DNA of 63,983 nucleotides, filler included, from Perkinsus olseni (Eukaryota): NCBI GenBank assembly GCA_013115125.1. It is 3 parts of 3 records of this genome, joined end to end, with 100 filler letters (N's around TTAATTAATTAA, not from the genome) between each part and the next. Parts side by side here need not be neighbours in the genome. Positions count along the whole stretch, not along the records: positions 1 to 22,430 come from JABANN010000540.1; positions 22,531 to 44,924 come from JABANN010000541.1; 1 more part is not named here. One strand, 5' to 3'. Shown piece by piece: positions 11,719 to 25,600 of this stretch (position 1 is its first letter; each line of letters starts with the position of its first letter). The notes under the pieces were generated by a model. It saw only the letters and a program-made list of their open reading frames with translations, ran no database searches and was not told where the DNA came from. The position numbers and the translations under genes were made by a program.

Positions 11719-14700
11719 ATTTCTGCAATTCACCAGATTGATGTGCTGCAGCACGTTGAGGAAATGCAAGTCAAGACAAGTTTGCAAGAGTAAGCGCAAC
11801 CATTGATCGAACTTTTCGTTAAGTGCGACTAGAGATTTGCCGTATCTTTAGGTTGGTTCTTAGCGGATACAGAATGAAAGATTTTATCGGTCGTAACCAT
11901 CTATCTCAAGCCGCTCGCGTTAAGCGGGCTCGTGAACATCAAGCGCCCTAAACTCGATCAGCTCGTCATCTAAAGGCCCGCCCCATCACGTTGTTGTCGA
12001 AGCGTGGGCTTTCAACAACAATATCTTCCCTCCTTGCGGGTGGCTAGTTCCGATACATCTCTACCGGTGAATGTCCTAGTCGCTTGAGGACCTCCTGAGT
12101 CGAAATGGCCGCATTCGCTCGGTCGAGTTTTGGCTCGGCAAGGAAATCTGGGTAACCCAAAAAATTATAGTATCAGTGAGTCTGAGAATGCACGAAAACA
12201 ACGTTGATCGTTGATAGCAAGTGGACCAATAATTTTACTATGGTGCTGCAAATTTTGTAGCTGCCTAGGGGCTCCAGAAGGGCTCCCACTCTCGCCAACT
12301 CACGGTAGGCTCGCCGTCGACCGGAACCTTGGGAAAAATCCAGACCACGGCCCTGCTTCTGTGGGATGAGTTCCACGTTATTTTTAGGTAACGAAGGGGC
12401 ATCAGGTGACTTTGGTAAACTTATTGAAGGAAGATGGGCTTCGGAACATTCGCTAAGGAAGCAGGATTTTTGATAACCAGATTGGGTTTCTTCCGGTGTC
12501 CGGAAATTCTTGCCTGAGGAATTGGCCCAGGTTAGACCTACCGCGTCGCCCGATAGAAAAATTACGATCTTCGCTTTAGCTCGGTCGGGTCCTTAATTTC
12601 ATTTTCAATCCGACTTCCCCATCGCGGACGTGCTTTACGTCGGAAACTCGTTCTCTCGTCTGTGGAGAGACTGGCTGATTGAGAACGCAGCTCCCGTGTT
12701 TTGCCATCGGGAATCCGATATTTTTCTCTGTTGTCTTCTCATCATCCCCCACCCAGTCTCACTGTAGCTTCCTATGGGAGCAAGAAAGGTTCAGCGACAT
12801 AATCATTACACGACGCCCCTCTCATTCCCGTGGTCTCGTCAGACATGAAAGCCTCCAGTCCTGAATCATTGTGCGTAGCTATGAGTTTATCATCGCCTGC
12901 CACACCGCAGCGACAGAACAGTGAGCCGTGCAGGGGGAGTCAGAAGGATCGACGTTCTTGGCGCCTCCGCCATATATAGATTAATTTGGGACCATGGTTG
13001 TTGGAAGCTTCGACCTGGGATTCCTGTTTTCCCGATTCGCCTGTTCTCGTCCTGTTCTCGTCGTTCGAGAGTGTTTGTAGTTGAACCACCGCTGACCAGG
13101 CATCAAACGAAGAGAGGCTTCGTCCTCCGTTCGTACGGTCTCACAATGTCGTCTCCCCGGCAGGTTAGCAAGGTTTGCGGCTCGACGCCTGGTGTGGGTA
13201 CCTTCTCGTCATTGCCCGCCTCGTTGTTAGCAGCTGCCGATAACCCGTTGGCCTTTACAATGCCTCGAGCTCGGTGGTTTTCCCACTCTCAATCAGATCC
13301 TTCAATCCTCACCATCATGCCATTCGGTCGTTCGACGCACTTCCTATGAATCGCTATGATGGGTTGTGCTGGATGGCTGATGTGTCTATCCACCCTGAGA
13401 CGTTTGCGGACCATTCTGGCCGAGAGAGTCGGACCGCAATCACGTTCTCTATAGTCTCCTGTTCTCCAGATTGCCCGTGCCGATTGTGTGGAATCAACGG
13501 TTGAGCATGTATCCGGGAGAAACACGAAATTCAAATTCCTCCGCAAGTTGGTTGTCGCGGAAACATAGATTTCACGTTGATAATTGACGCCGAAAAATTA
13601 GGGGAAATTGGGCTGAAGATCGAGGCTCTCTTGTGCTGCCGCGTTGGTGCATCATTCTGAAATTATTGGTAACCTTCGTCTCTGTCGATCTTCGAGCGTC
13701 TCTTGACCGGGTCAGGTGTATGGTCCACCATGGTCGTCGCGATTCTTAAGCTTCTCAGCCTCATCGATTATCGTCCCTAGTGTAACCGACGTCGTCTCCC
13801 CTTCCAAGTTGTCGTTCCCTTTTTCTCCGCCAATGATTCCCTCATCCCCAGGAGGAGCATCGACCCCTCGGCATTTCAGTAAACTGGAAGTTAGAAAGAT
13901 GTTGCACCCGCGGATTGACAGAGCTCCGATAGCGAAGGTGGAGAAGTTGGTAGCTTCCCGAGCCAGCAGTGGCAAGGAGAAGTGAGGGTTTCGCATTCTC
14001 CTATCTTAGTCGTCTTCAGCGCTCGAAAGTCTCATTTCAGCAGGCTTCCCGCTTTGTGTCGACCGTCCCCGTTTTGTGGGTGGAAGAAAATCCAGCGAGA
14101 AATTAAACACGCTGAGATCGCGGCGGAGCGAAGAGAGACGGAAAGGGTAACAAGCCCTGGAATGGCGCGCCGCCAGGGAGAATTTAGTATCGACTCTGGA
14201 GGGCAGAAACCTTGCTCGGGCGATCTGTCTTCCTTGTGAGCTCGGGAAATCGACTTAGGTGGAAATGGAGTTTTCCACATACAGAAGCTTCGTCGGCATA
14301 GCCATGCGTTTCGTGATTGAGCCTTTCCGCTGGGCGAAATTGGCTTAGCGGAGCGATGCGAAATATCAAAGAGAATCGCCATTCTCGACCGCCTGTTCGG
14401 TCGCAGGCGCGCAGTTCACGCGTCGTTGTCTCAGCGGTCGAAGCCTCCACGGTTTTTGAACCGGCCATGCCTGGGACCTCCTGGTGGTGAGAAATCTGAC
14501 AGCTGGAATTATCATGGAAATTTTTCTGCCTTAGATGTTTCTCGGGCGGCCGCCCGTCAAGCGCCTCGGAAATTCTTCCCGAATCTCACAGTGCATCAGC
14601 ATAAGTTCAGGGAAGAAAACAAGAGCCTTTGGCTGGGGAAAGAGCTTCACTTTGATCTCCTGTGAAAAAATCGATCACTCGGGCGCGCGCTTTGTTCCAT

Positions 14701-15487
14701 GCTGGTCGTACTACTTGGTGGCGAGCACGAGTCGAGTTTGTTAGCGATTGGGTGGGTATGTTTTAGCGGGTGGAGTTTTCTGCAGTGGATTGATTGAAAT
14801 CGATCGCGCGATCGATTTCAAGGCTTCCTGGTCGCAGATTTTGATGGCTCGCAGATACTCAACGGAATGGGGACGGAAATCATTCTGGGAATCGACGATT
14901 CCGGAAGTTTCCTAGCGGACCACCAAGGGCGGAAAAGATGGCCCGGAGTTGGATGTTCCGGGGGGCTGAAATAAGGAGCCAAGCCATGTGGGTATCTTAG
15001 GTCGATCACGGCAGACGATGGTTAAGTAAGATTATCTTACTAAGATACCATCTCTTTCAAGTGTCCGGGTGGTGCTCCTTTTATGGGAGCTCACTGTGAG
15101 GTCGCCTAAGAGTCTTACCGGCGCTTATCGATAGACACCCTCATGCCATTAGAAGGCCTCATTCAGGTCACTGATACAGTTGAAGCCGCTTCAACTTTGC
15201 TCCAGTGAAGCATGCTTCGGAATACGATCGCGCACAGCAGAGATTTCCCGGAGAGAATCTTTTGGGTCAATGAAGGGGTTTATTACTGATGATTGAAAGA
15301 TGGCGGATAAGTCAACTCACAGCAAAGATTTTGCCGCTGTCTCCCGTACCGTCGTCCGATTCGCAAAAAAAATTCATGATGCCCCCCCCCCTTCCCAGTA
15401 AGGATTCTGGAGTAAGCTTGTGGAGGGATAGTCGTGGGAGTATGACAAAATAGGGCCAAGCCAGGCGTTATTCACAACCCGAAATTT

Positions 15488-17214
15488 TTGATTTTTTTCA
15501 GCCAATATTCTTCATTTTATTTCCCTATAATTAATTTCGGCTGCTTGGCACTGGCACTGGCAATCATTGCCGCACCAGTCGAGGGATATCTTCGACGAGC
15601 GTCACTGCGCCACGAAATTATGGCGGGGTCGCCGTTTGATTATGCGCAAAAAGTGACCAGTACTGTTGCAGAGACGGCATCGGACCACGTCCTCGAGCCT
15701 GTTCAGAAGGAATTCGCGGGTAGGAAATAATTTTGTGGCGCGGTGACGATATTTTTTGCCCTCAGGCGAGCCGCAGGTGTCCGCTCCTGAATGCCCGGGA
15801 GAATCTAGTGAGGATAATTTCGTGGCGCGTGACGCTGCTTGATCGTCTTTCATACAGGCAAGCCATGCATCGTCGGCGATGCCTCTACTTCATCCGAGTC
15901 ATCAGCAGCAGCTACCGCTGCAGTAGACGACGGAAATAGCAAGTAAGGGCGTTCAGCTCGTCACGGGGAAGTTATAGAAACCTGCCTGAGGTCGAAATTG
16001 TGTATCATCTGGGCATCGGTGGTGACACTTGTCATTGGCATTTTAGAAATTGAAATGATTTTTTTCCGCGAAAAGTCCAAGAAAATGGAGAACTTTTCCT
16101 TCTCGCCCGATCGCCCGTCCCATCTCGTATCTTGCAGGATGATCATGTATATCGTTGGTGGTACTTTTGGTGTTATCGTCATCGGAAGCATACTAATGAA
16201 GTATCAGGCGTTGGGAGAGTACACTTCCTTCTGGGCACGTATCCTGGCACTGGGCCTGGCAGGAGCATCCGGAGGCTTCGGCGCCGTGCAGTACAGGTAA
16301 TGAGGTGGATGCCGAATGAGGACCTTTTGCAGCTGTGAAATAACGTATGGAAATATGATAGTAATTTTGGAATTTTTTTCCTTGGAAATTTTTCTGTAAT
16401 GTGCGAGGCCCTGCTTTGCGACCAAGTGAAGTGAGCAGAAATCATTAGCACATCTTTTTCGTAAATAAGTCGCGAAAAAATCGTGATTCTCGGACCACAG
16501 CATGTTTCTGGTGGATGTTATCTATATTGTGGTGAGAACAAATTTTAATATTCAGAAGAATTTAAGAATAATTTCTACGCTCGACTCTGAGAAGAAAAAA
16601 CCCGTAAAAATTTCCTCATCTCAACGTCAACCGAAATTGAGTATCTTGTACTTTGGTCCATCTCCCTCCCCTCAGCCTCTACAACAACTTGGCCTGTCGT
16701 AATTTCACCGCTCTCGGCTACGGCGACTGTCCGGCACTTTTGGCGATTTACGTTATGTGGGGGATGGCGGTCTTCCATCTGGCCTTCAACTTGCCCTTCT
16801 TGCTCGTCTCCCTCAATAGGATGGCAGCTTGGTGAGTTGGAGCGTTGAGAAATTGTAAGATTGCAAGATTTGGCTTCCTCCCAGGTACGCCAAATTTGGC
16901 CTTATGTCTCAAGCATCAGTGTACGTATCTTGAAATCTTGGAGGTTCTTGCAATTTCTCAACGTTCTTAGATACTTCACGGCAAACAGCGCGGCAGTGGC
17001 TACAATTAAATACGCGGGCGGGGACATAATCACTCTGGGAATCGTCGCAGGCGGACTTGTTGGTACCTCGCTTCGACCTCGGATACGTCTCGTGAACTTC
17101 CCCTCTCCTTCAGTTGCCATTATGTTCCTGATGGCGTGGTTCCAAGGGGAGGACGGAGTTATTAAGAGAATTATCGATAAGGCTGAAGACGCTGTAATAC
17201 ACGGGAAGATTTGA
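15488..17214 (+). CDS. Hypothetical multi-pass membrane protein, multi-exon
   Basis: Hydrophobic exons (YIVGGTFGVIVIGSILM, ALLAIYVMWGMAVFHLAFNLPFLLVSL, VAIMFLMAWF) between GT-AG introns; stop at 17214. Confidence 0.5.
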
Positions 17215-17289
17215 TTTGTTTCGCGCAGCCTCTCACCTTCCTCACCTCTTCTCAACTTTCTTTGTCTTTCACCGTGGGTCAAAGGCACC

Positions 17290-18260
17290 ATGGGTAAGCC
17301 TTCAGTGGGAAGAAGTCAGTGCTTTGGGAATACTCTTGTTTCTGAGAAATGTGTCGTAGGAAATTTCTCTTCTAAAGGTGGAGGATTCCGTAGTTTTTCG
17401 TCGTAGGTGAGAGCAGCGAGCAAGATGGCGGAAGAAGCGCTCGAGGAGGGCTTAAAAATGTAGTATGCCGGGATCGAACCTGCGTCGTTTGAACCCAATC
17501 GTCAGGTTCGGCCTCGACTCAAATGAGCGATCCAAACTGACTTGCAATAACGTCTACGTTCATGCCATCGTGCGTCCTCGGCCGGGCTTCTTCGACCCCG
17601 GCAAGGATGCCGAGGGAAACCCTCTCGGTGGTGAGCTCGTCAAGGCGCGGCTGTTGTCGTGGGGAAGACTGCTTGTCAGTTCCCACGACCAGTGGGGAGG
17701 TCGTTGGCTTCGTCGATTTGCATGGTAACGAGGAGGGAGCGAAAGTGTTCAAAGGACTCGGGTAAGAAGTTTTTTCGAATCAGTGTGGCGGGTCGGATTT
17801 TTACAAAATCGATCGCGTGATCGATAATGCTCCGCGGTTCAGATACGCGAAAGTTCGTTGGGAACCGGCCACTGAAGGAGGCAAATCGAGCTTATCCGAG
17901 TAAATCTAAATCGATCGTCAGGGCGCGCGCTAAGTGCATAGGCTTACTTTACGCAGGCACAGTATCGCTGAGACGTCGTCGGAGTTGCAAATTGTAGATG
18001 ATGAGACTGGACTTGTCGACAAGTTGGTTGGGGATACTATGGCGTAAGTCGGAGTATCTTTCGAACTCGCGAAATGCATGCTTAACCTCAAGATACTTCG
18101 GTCTTCCTCCTGATACGTTGGACGTTTTCACAGGGCCCAAGTTTGATGCCAAAAAGCGGCAGGTGAGCGATTCAACCCGCTGGTGGCCGAGTTGCCAGGC
18201 CCGTTAGTAGAACCATCAGGGCCCATCCCGCAAATGTTTACGCGTACACTTATGAAGTTG
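17290..18260 (+). CDS. Hypothetical small multi-exon protein
   Basis: Series of short exons bounded by canonical splice sites (e.g. intron 17460-17505); no family recognised. Confidence 0.4.
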
Positions 18261-18499
18261 TTGTTCGATCCTTAGGAGTTACATGTAGTTGTTCTCTGTA
18301 TGTAGCTCAATGCGAAAACTTGAGGTGTACGTAGACTTAACTTAGTAATAGAGGAGACAGTGGCGATATCCAGCTCAGCTCAGCTCAGCTCAGCTTAGCC
18401 TAGCGTTGGCGTTGTGTGGTCCATTCTCGTAGTTGCCCCTTCTCGTGTATCGGGCCTCAGGCCTATCACCTGCGTCAATCGCGGACTGGTCCTGCGTCC

Positions 18500-21310
18500 C
18501 GTTTCCGACTAATGCCGTTCAGATTGATATCTTTTTGAAGTACTGGCAATCCGTTAAAGAAGAAAAAGAGGACGAATTCGGTCGGCCCGTGGCCCCCGGC
18601 ATTTCCCTCAATTGTGAAGTTTTCGATGCCGCGGGAAAGGCAATTGTAAGGGTCCCGTCGGCTGGGCTTCCCTCGATGATTTCTTCTCCTCTTCTCCAGG
18701 GCACTTTGAACAAAGTCGATTCTCATCTTTACAAATCTTCAATTCGACTGAAGGATCTTTCCGTCACCACTCAATCGATATTGAGTCTCGAACTGCATCG
18801 GCTGCCTGATAAGGTTAAGGGATTGGTGATCTCGGCCACCTGCTCTGAGGTGAGTAGCGCTCGCCCTGTTGATCGATTGTGATCTACGTGGTTGTGTTTT
18901 TTAGCAATACAAGCTGAGGCATTTCAGGAGCTTTGGATTTCATCCGAAAGGGTGAGGGCGGGGAGGTCGCGGGTTCGATTCCCGGTAGAGGAATCTTTGG
19001 CAGATATAATGTCGACTTGGCCGGTCTTGTGACTGAGCCGAAGGGCGCTGGGGGAGAAGTGAACGGTGCGTCGATTTGTGAAGGGAACGGCAGCTCTGGG
19101 GTGGCCCTGTTAGTGATGGTAAAGCAAAAGGTTGGGTCGGAGGTAAAAACATGCGGGGTGCAGGGATCGAACCGGGGACCTCGGTTTTCAGGGTGAGCGA
19201 TGGTTCGGAGTGAAAATTGATAAGAACGTCAGTGGAAGGATGCCCAAGGACATGAGACCAGTAAGGGAAAGGATCGTTGTTGAGTGAAGATCTTGCTATC
19301 TTGCGGTTCCTCAACGCTGTCTCGCAATTCGATCGTATGAGCTGCTTGCCTACACTATGAGTTTTACTAATAGGTCGACAGTGCAATAAACAGAGCGAAA
19401 GATACGTATCCGAGCCAATTACAACTCCTAGGGGTCGGTAGTCCCCTCCAGGGTATCCTGCCATCGTCCCCTTGTATGAATTTTTCAAATTACTCGGGAG
19501 AACCGAATCCTGTGAAGACGGGTGTTTTCCGCAGAGACGTACCACATTCCCCCCCCGGAGATTATAAATGTACGCCTTAGGCGTAGATTGGAAGAAAAAT
19601 TTTTCCCTAGGCGTATGAATCGAGGCAGGAAAGTAAAAATCTCACTGTGCAGTGGGTAAATTGAGCGTTCCATGAAACCTGATTAACTACCCTCCGAGAC
19701 GTAAACTTACGAAAGCCTGGATTGATCCCTGTTTCCCCTTCATCGTAATACCGAAAGATGATCTAGTGGAGAGGGTCGCCTCAGCAATCGGCAATGATGT
19801 TCCCGGAACATTGTTCCGTCAGGTGCTCACCCAGATCTTCAATTCGACGAAGGATGAAGTCCGAAATGTTAAGTTCCGTAGAGACACCAACGGCAACTGC
19901 GTGGACATCGCCGTTGCCTTTGATGAATGTGAAGTTCACTATCGATCTGAGCAACGGGCTAAGGAGACGTTCAAGAAGCATTTCGAAGCTCTTACTGATA
20001 AATACAAGAAGGTATGGAGGGATGATGGCTCTTGAACCACGGTCGTCTGGAGAGGGCAGGGTTGATTGAGTGGCTTGTCGTCCGATTTGCGAGATGGTTA
20101 ATGGCTTTCAGAAATTGATGGCTTCGGGCGAGAATCCAGAGAAGGCCGCGGGATCGGCACAGAAGTACGCGGCTTTGCAGCTAAAGCAGACGAAGGGGAA
20201 GCAATTCCGAATACTCTGGAAGAAGAAGACGATAGAGAATATGAAGAAAGGGATGCATCCGGTAGGGTGGAGGGTCGGTGGTCGGGGAGGTTCTCTCTGC
20301 AAAAACTCGAGGGTGGGGGCTAGACCACGGTATCTCTGGTTGGTTGAAGATGCAACCATCGGCTCAGCGTATTAGGCAGGAAACTAGAGCTTCCCTCTTC
20401 AAGTGGCTAGCGCTAAAATTGGAGTATGATTTGTCATGGTCAAATTCGTTAGCGAAGTGCGGATAGCTTGGCACGCTGTTTTGCAAAGAGCGTTGATTAG
20501 TTGCCAAAAAGTGATTATGATTCATAATTGTCCGAGGGAAACTCTTCGAAAAGCCATCTCATGATCTATCAAATGTGGCGGACCGGCGAGTGACGGAATT
20601 TGAGTTCTGAACTTAGTGTTTGGATCAGATGAAAGCACAGTTACTAGCCAAGAAAGCAGCGATGGATGAAGCCATGTTCCTTGGTGAGGATGATCAACTG
20701 TTCTGCTTCGCTCCGCTAGGGAATCAGCATTTTTGTTAGGGCGGAAAGAGGAGGTGATGGAGCAAGTAAGGAGAGAAGCGGAGGAGGAACGACTCAATCT
20801 CGAGTTAGCGAATAACGCTGCGAAGGAAAGATACGATTCGACATGGGGAGGAAAGGTGAGTCTGGTTGGAGTGGTTGAGGGCACTATCTCGAAGTGAATG
20901 TAGTAGTAGAACGACACAAGAGTAGATTAAGCGAGTGTGGAGAAGGCGAGAGAATTGGAGTCATTAACGGGACACTAGTATGATGAAGTGCTATGTAGAC
21001 AGGGCGATTGAAGTACTGATAATACCGCAGCAACAAGGGAGCTAGGCTCAGACCATTCTGAGAACGGGCGTGTTAGTGCGACTCGAACGTTTTTATTCGA
21101 ACGAGAGAATGTGCGTGATTTTCATCTTCTCACGACTGGAGGAGTCTTGGCGAGTTGTTGTTCAGGTCAGTAATTGGTACGGCAGTTGGTTCGGCGAAGG
21201 ACGCGATGATACTGCTGATGCGATGGGGGCGGGTGAGGTGATGGAGGGAGATGGAAAGAAGAAAAAGAAGAAAAGCCGACGGCAGGCATCGAAGACGAAC
21301 TCCTGGTTTT
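18500..21310 (+). CDS. Multi-exon protein with TerD-like N-terminal region and a charged/coiled-coil C-terminus (possibly two genes)
   Basis: ISLNCEVFDAAGK...ILSLELHRLPDKVKGLVISAT resembles the TerD pattern. Introns include 18952-19003, 19131-19191 and 20012-20059. Confidence 0.45.
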
Positions 21311-22430
21311 GATGTCCATGATTGGCGCATGCAGTCGTGAAAGCCTTTGGTGTTGTGTGGGAGGAAGTTCCTGCGGAATTGCTCCGCTGGCTTCGGACGA
21401 GAACTCCGCTAGCACTGCATAAGCCATTGAATTCACGCCTGCAGGCAGGTGAGACTTACGATCCTGACTGAACATGTTCGAAGCCGTACTCTCGCGCCTG
21501 TGACCAATTTGCCCACCTCTCAGTACGGCACTGCGTTCTGCACAGAGTTGATTGACCGGTCAATTTATTGGGCGAGTTTAAAGCGAGGCGCGCGCGATCG
21601 CGATTAGGAGGGAACATATGGGGACGAGACCTGAGTGCCTCCACGATCTGGACGAGTTTTTTGGTCCAGAAGACAAGCATGACCCACACTGTGGGGTGAA
21701 CGTCTCGCGCCGTAAGTTGCGGCTATAGCTAGTTACTAGCTGCTAGTATATCCGAGTCACCACGGGGTTGCTATCAGCCGACATTCTGAGGTCGAGGATA
21801 TCGACTTAATATCGACGAAGAATCGGTGCGTGGGTCAAATCTAGCTGGTATCAAATCCGGAATTCACATCATGATTTTGATGATGAATGAACCACTGACC
21901 TACCATTATTGTTTTGCGGGCAGGCCGACCTTGTTTCTTCGCATTGTATATCCCATGGACTGGGGGATAGCGCGTAAAAAATGAATGAAAGTACGAGATG
22001 GAATTCGACTGGATAGCGAAGGGATCTCAGGAGATGGATCAAAGTCTCGATTCTGTACTCACTTGGCACGTTCGCGTGATGGAGTTTGGGGAGACACCCA
22101 TCGCGCTGCGCAATTCGCGCACCGACGGCTGGCTAGCGATGACGCCTCCATCGACTCGACCGGTGCTGCGTTAATGCGTCGAGTAGACTGGCATACATTC
22201 CTCGCTAGAGGTACAGCGCACGATTCCCGGACACCGGTCCCCGAGTTCTTCCATGAGGGAAGTTCCATCATCGTCGCATGTGGAACAACATGATTCCTCA
22301 ACGCTCACGGCGCTGTTACTTTTGATTGTCATGGTGAGAAATAGAGTTGATCAACAACAAATGGGTATCTTACCGAATCTTCCAATCGGAATCACGCCGT
22401 GAGCCTCACCGAGGGGCGTCAAGGCCCTCT

Positions 22431-22530
22431 NNNNNNNNNNNNNNNNNNNNNNNNNNNNNNNNNNNNNNNNNNNNTTAATTAATTAANNNNNNNNNNNNNN
22501 NNNNNNNNNNNNNNNNNNNNNNNNNNNNNN
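22431..22530. other. Assembly gap with artificial TTAATTAATTAA six-frame-stop linker
   Basis: N-run, ttaattaattaa, N-run; the same structure occurs at 44925-45024. Confidence 0.95.
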
Positions 22531-22531
22531 C

Positions 22532-22596
<65 letters not shown>

Positions 22597-22615
22597 CGAC
22601 TGTCGAAGATACACC

Positions 22616-22652
<37 letters not shown>
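22531..22652. repeat. (CAA)n and (GAT)n microsatellites at contig end
   Basis: About 22 CAA units followed by about 12 GAT units. Confidence 0.95.
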
Positions 22653-25600
22653 CTGAGGATGGTGATGACGAGCTTCAACTGCATCCGGTGTAAGCACGGG
22701 TTCGTTAAAGAGCGCCCCACGAACGAAATACAGCACCAATAACAAAAACGACGGCGGTCAGAGTTCGCCTGCGTCGACCTCAGATTCTCACCGGCTCGCC
22801 AGAGAGGTCTACAGCGTTCCCACATTTGGCATCGTTGGTCAAAACCCATCGCTTCTGTGGTGTGATGACACCGATGGTGTCAGGATTGTGGGAATTCCTC
22901 ATGAGAACCACGCTCTTAGATGATATGGGCTTCACGAACTGCAGAAGGCCGGCACAGTCTCCATTCCCAACGACCTGACAGAAGCTGTCTCGGGCGAGGA
23001 CGAACATGCCAACAGTGGTTCGGGATTTAACTGGGACGGAAGGGGCTGCTCTGAAGCTCAATTCTGTCGAATGAGGTCAGCAAGGTGATCGTAAGATACG
23101 ATCCGTATCATATCCACTTATTTGGACCACGGGCCAACCTTGGATACGAGCTACTGTCACGACCTGGTCGTCGGTGCTGAACAGTGGTTGGCCGCTGATG
23201 TGATCCGAGTAGACCCCATGAATGCCGGGAATGCCTCGCAAGGATTTGGATACCACAGGGAGCGCCCAGTAGTCGTTGCTCATCCTGAAAAAACATCACT
23301 GAGAAGTATGGTGGTGTTATCGATGCGACGACTTGGGACGATGGGAGTATCCGAGGTTGATCCTGGCTGAATTTGAGACATAAAGATACCATAACGGGCG
23401 CATCAGAAAGTTAGCCAATGCTACTGCGCTTTAAAGGCGAGAGAGCACGCAGGCTTTTCACCAACGTCGTACCCGAGAATGAGAGTCGGAAAAAGCGGGA
23501 AAACAGACGAAGCGCCGAAATTGTGAACACCTACCCACTGACCATTCGACCCACCACCCTACAGCAACCCTTACGGAGTGTCAATATCGAAGCCAAGAAG
23601 CACATTCCTAGTCTTGGCAGGAAGACCAGCGAAGATTTCCGCAGGAGATCTGTCAGGGGGGCGATGTGAAGGGGGCAGCTGCGTGACGCGAGCAGATGAA
23701 GGCAGCAGTGTGTGAGGCAAGGTCATCAGAAGAGCTTCCGTATCGGACCAACCATCAACTTAGTATTAACAACGAGGCCGCATGAACAGCCGGAAAGGCA
23801 TGAACAGGAATGATCATGGTACATAGCGGAGGGAATGGCGATCGTAGGCAACGTTATGGTTGATGAGAATCTGAGGACTCGGCACGAGTCATCCGCCAAA
23901 CCTTTGAAAGTTCATCAGACTGTGCGAAGGCTGTTAGGCTCTATTCTCTGCGGGAACATTGCTCGACTGCTGTTCTTAGGGACACTTCTGCTACTGTGAC
24001 GATCGCTCGGTCCCTGTAGCTCAGCCTAGGGCTAGGATAATTGCGAACTCTACTACGCTAAATTATTATGGTTTGCAGACTTCAGAAGATAGTGAGAATG
24101 GTAACCCCAAAATACAGTGGGTACAGAAGTGCGTTCCAGAATAGGATATCACGACGCGCTGATTCCTCAGCAGAACAACTCTCATTGTTGTAGAATCAAC
24201 TCTTGTTGTTTTACGCTACTTCAACGACCACAACGTGTTGTCACAGCAGGGAACGGAGCCGCGTCAGAAAATACCGGAGCATAATCGTAGTCGTCGATAT
24301 CGTCGCAAATCGCCAGTGTTGGGATGCACAACAACAAGGACCAGCCGCAGACAACCTGAGTCCGCAGCGCTAGTCGATGCATGTCGGGCCTCGCCACCAT
24401 CGTACAGGAATAGCGAGCAGCATGTAGAGACCACCGGTCACTCCGCTGCCTCGTATGAAAATCAACGGTCCGAGGATTAGAAAACCTGTGAACAATACGT
24501 ACCAAAAATTTCGCAACACATTGAGTCTGACTCGGTCGAGATGACTTATTCCGAAATCTAGATTTTCTGTCTCTTGCAGCGTTACTCGTGTGGGCCGTCA
24601 TTGCAGGGCCCTCCATATTGCATCACCGTTAACATTGAGAGACACAAAGCGCGCGAACAAAAGTGTGACACAACTGAATTTTGTGTTGTTCACTTTTTCG
24701 AACCTGTCCGCGCCGCCGAGCAGAGTGTGCCTTTACCCGTAGTAAAAGGAAGGAGTAGAAGGCTAGCCAGGCCGATCCTCGTGAAGCCTCCCATGCAATG
24801 ATGGTCCAGCTCATCATCCGCCCCGACGTAGCGAGCGTTACGAGTGAATGCTTTTTGGCGGATAAGGAGTTGGGGCATGAGGGCCGATACTGTCACCACT
24901 ATGATGATGTATCTGATGGCGACAATCGATTATTGAAATTCTTCTGGAGTTTATTCAATTTTAATTTTTGTATGAATTTTTCCGCCCAATTTCCATACCA
25001 CACTTCTCAGTAGTCCCATCAGTTTCACCAGCACGATTCGGAAGCCGCAACGAAAGCAGCAGTAGCCGGGCGAAGTCTCGGACAAATGTCAAGACTATCT
25101 CGTGAAGACTCCAGCGTGAGCAGACCCGCTTTTCCAGTCTCACAGTAAACGAACATGCCCGCTCGTCTCGTCAGGCACCGACCCATTTCGACCTCACCTC
25201 AGCGTGCCATGCATGGGGTCAGCATCAAAGTTCTCACAATGATTGGAATGGAAGAGACACATTTGGCACTGAAGGCCATTCCGACCGTACCAGTAGTAAA
25301 TATACGAGACAAGGAGTACCTAGAGGAGGGGCAGCCACAGTGAACTGGGAAGAAGCCCACGGGAGACCCACTTGCATGCTGATGTCAATGATGAATGACT
25401 TCACCAATACTGCTGCCGAGAAATAGTCAACCTTTGCGAGTGAATTACTCACGCCTCGAGTGTAGACAAGAAAGGAGACTACCCCTACCAGTAGGACACC
25501 TAGAAGAGATCGTTATCGAATAGATATCGTAGCGACATCCACTGGGAGCGCGTCGGTATGAACTGAGGGGTATACGCTCGCATGCCTAGGTCGTAACAGC

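Noticed and set aside
22475-22486. TTAATTAATTAA palindrome in both gaps
   Set aside because: Artificial scaffolding linker between N-runs, not biological.
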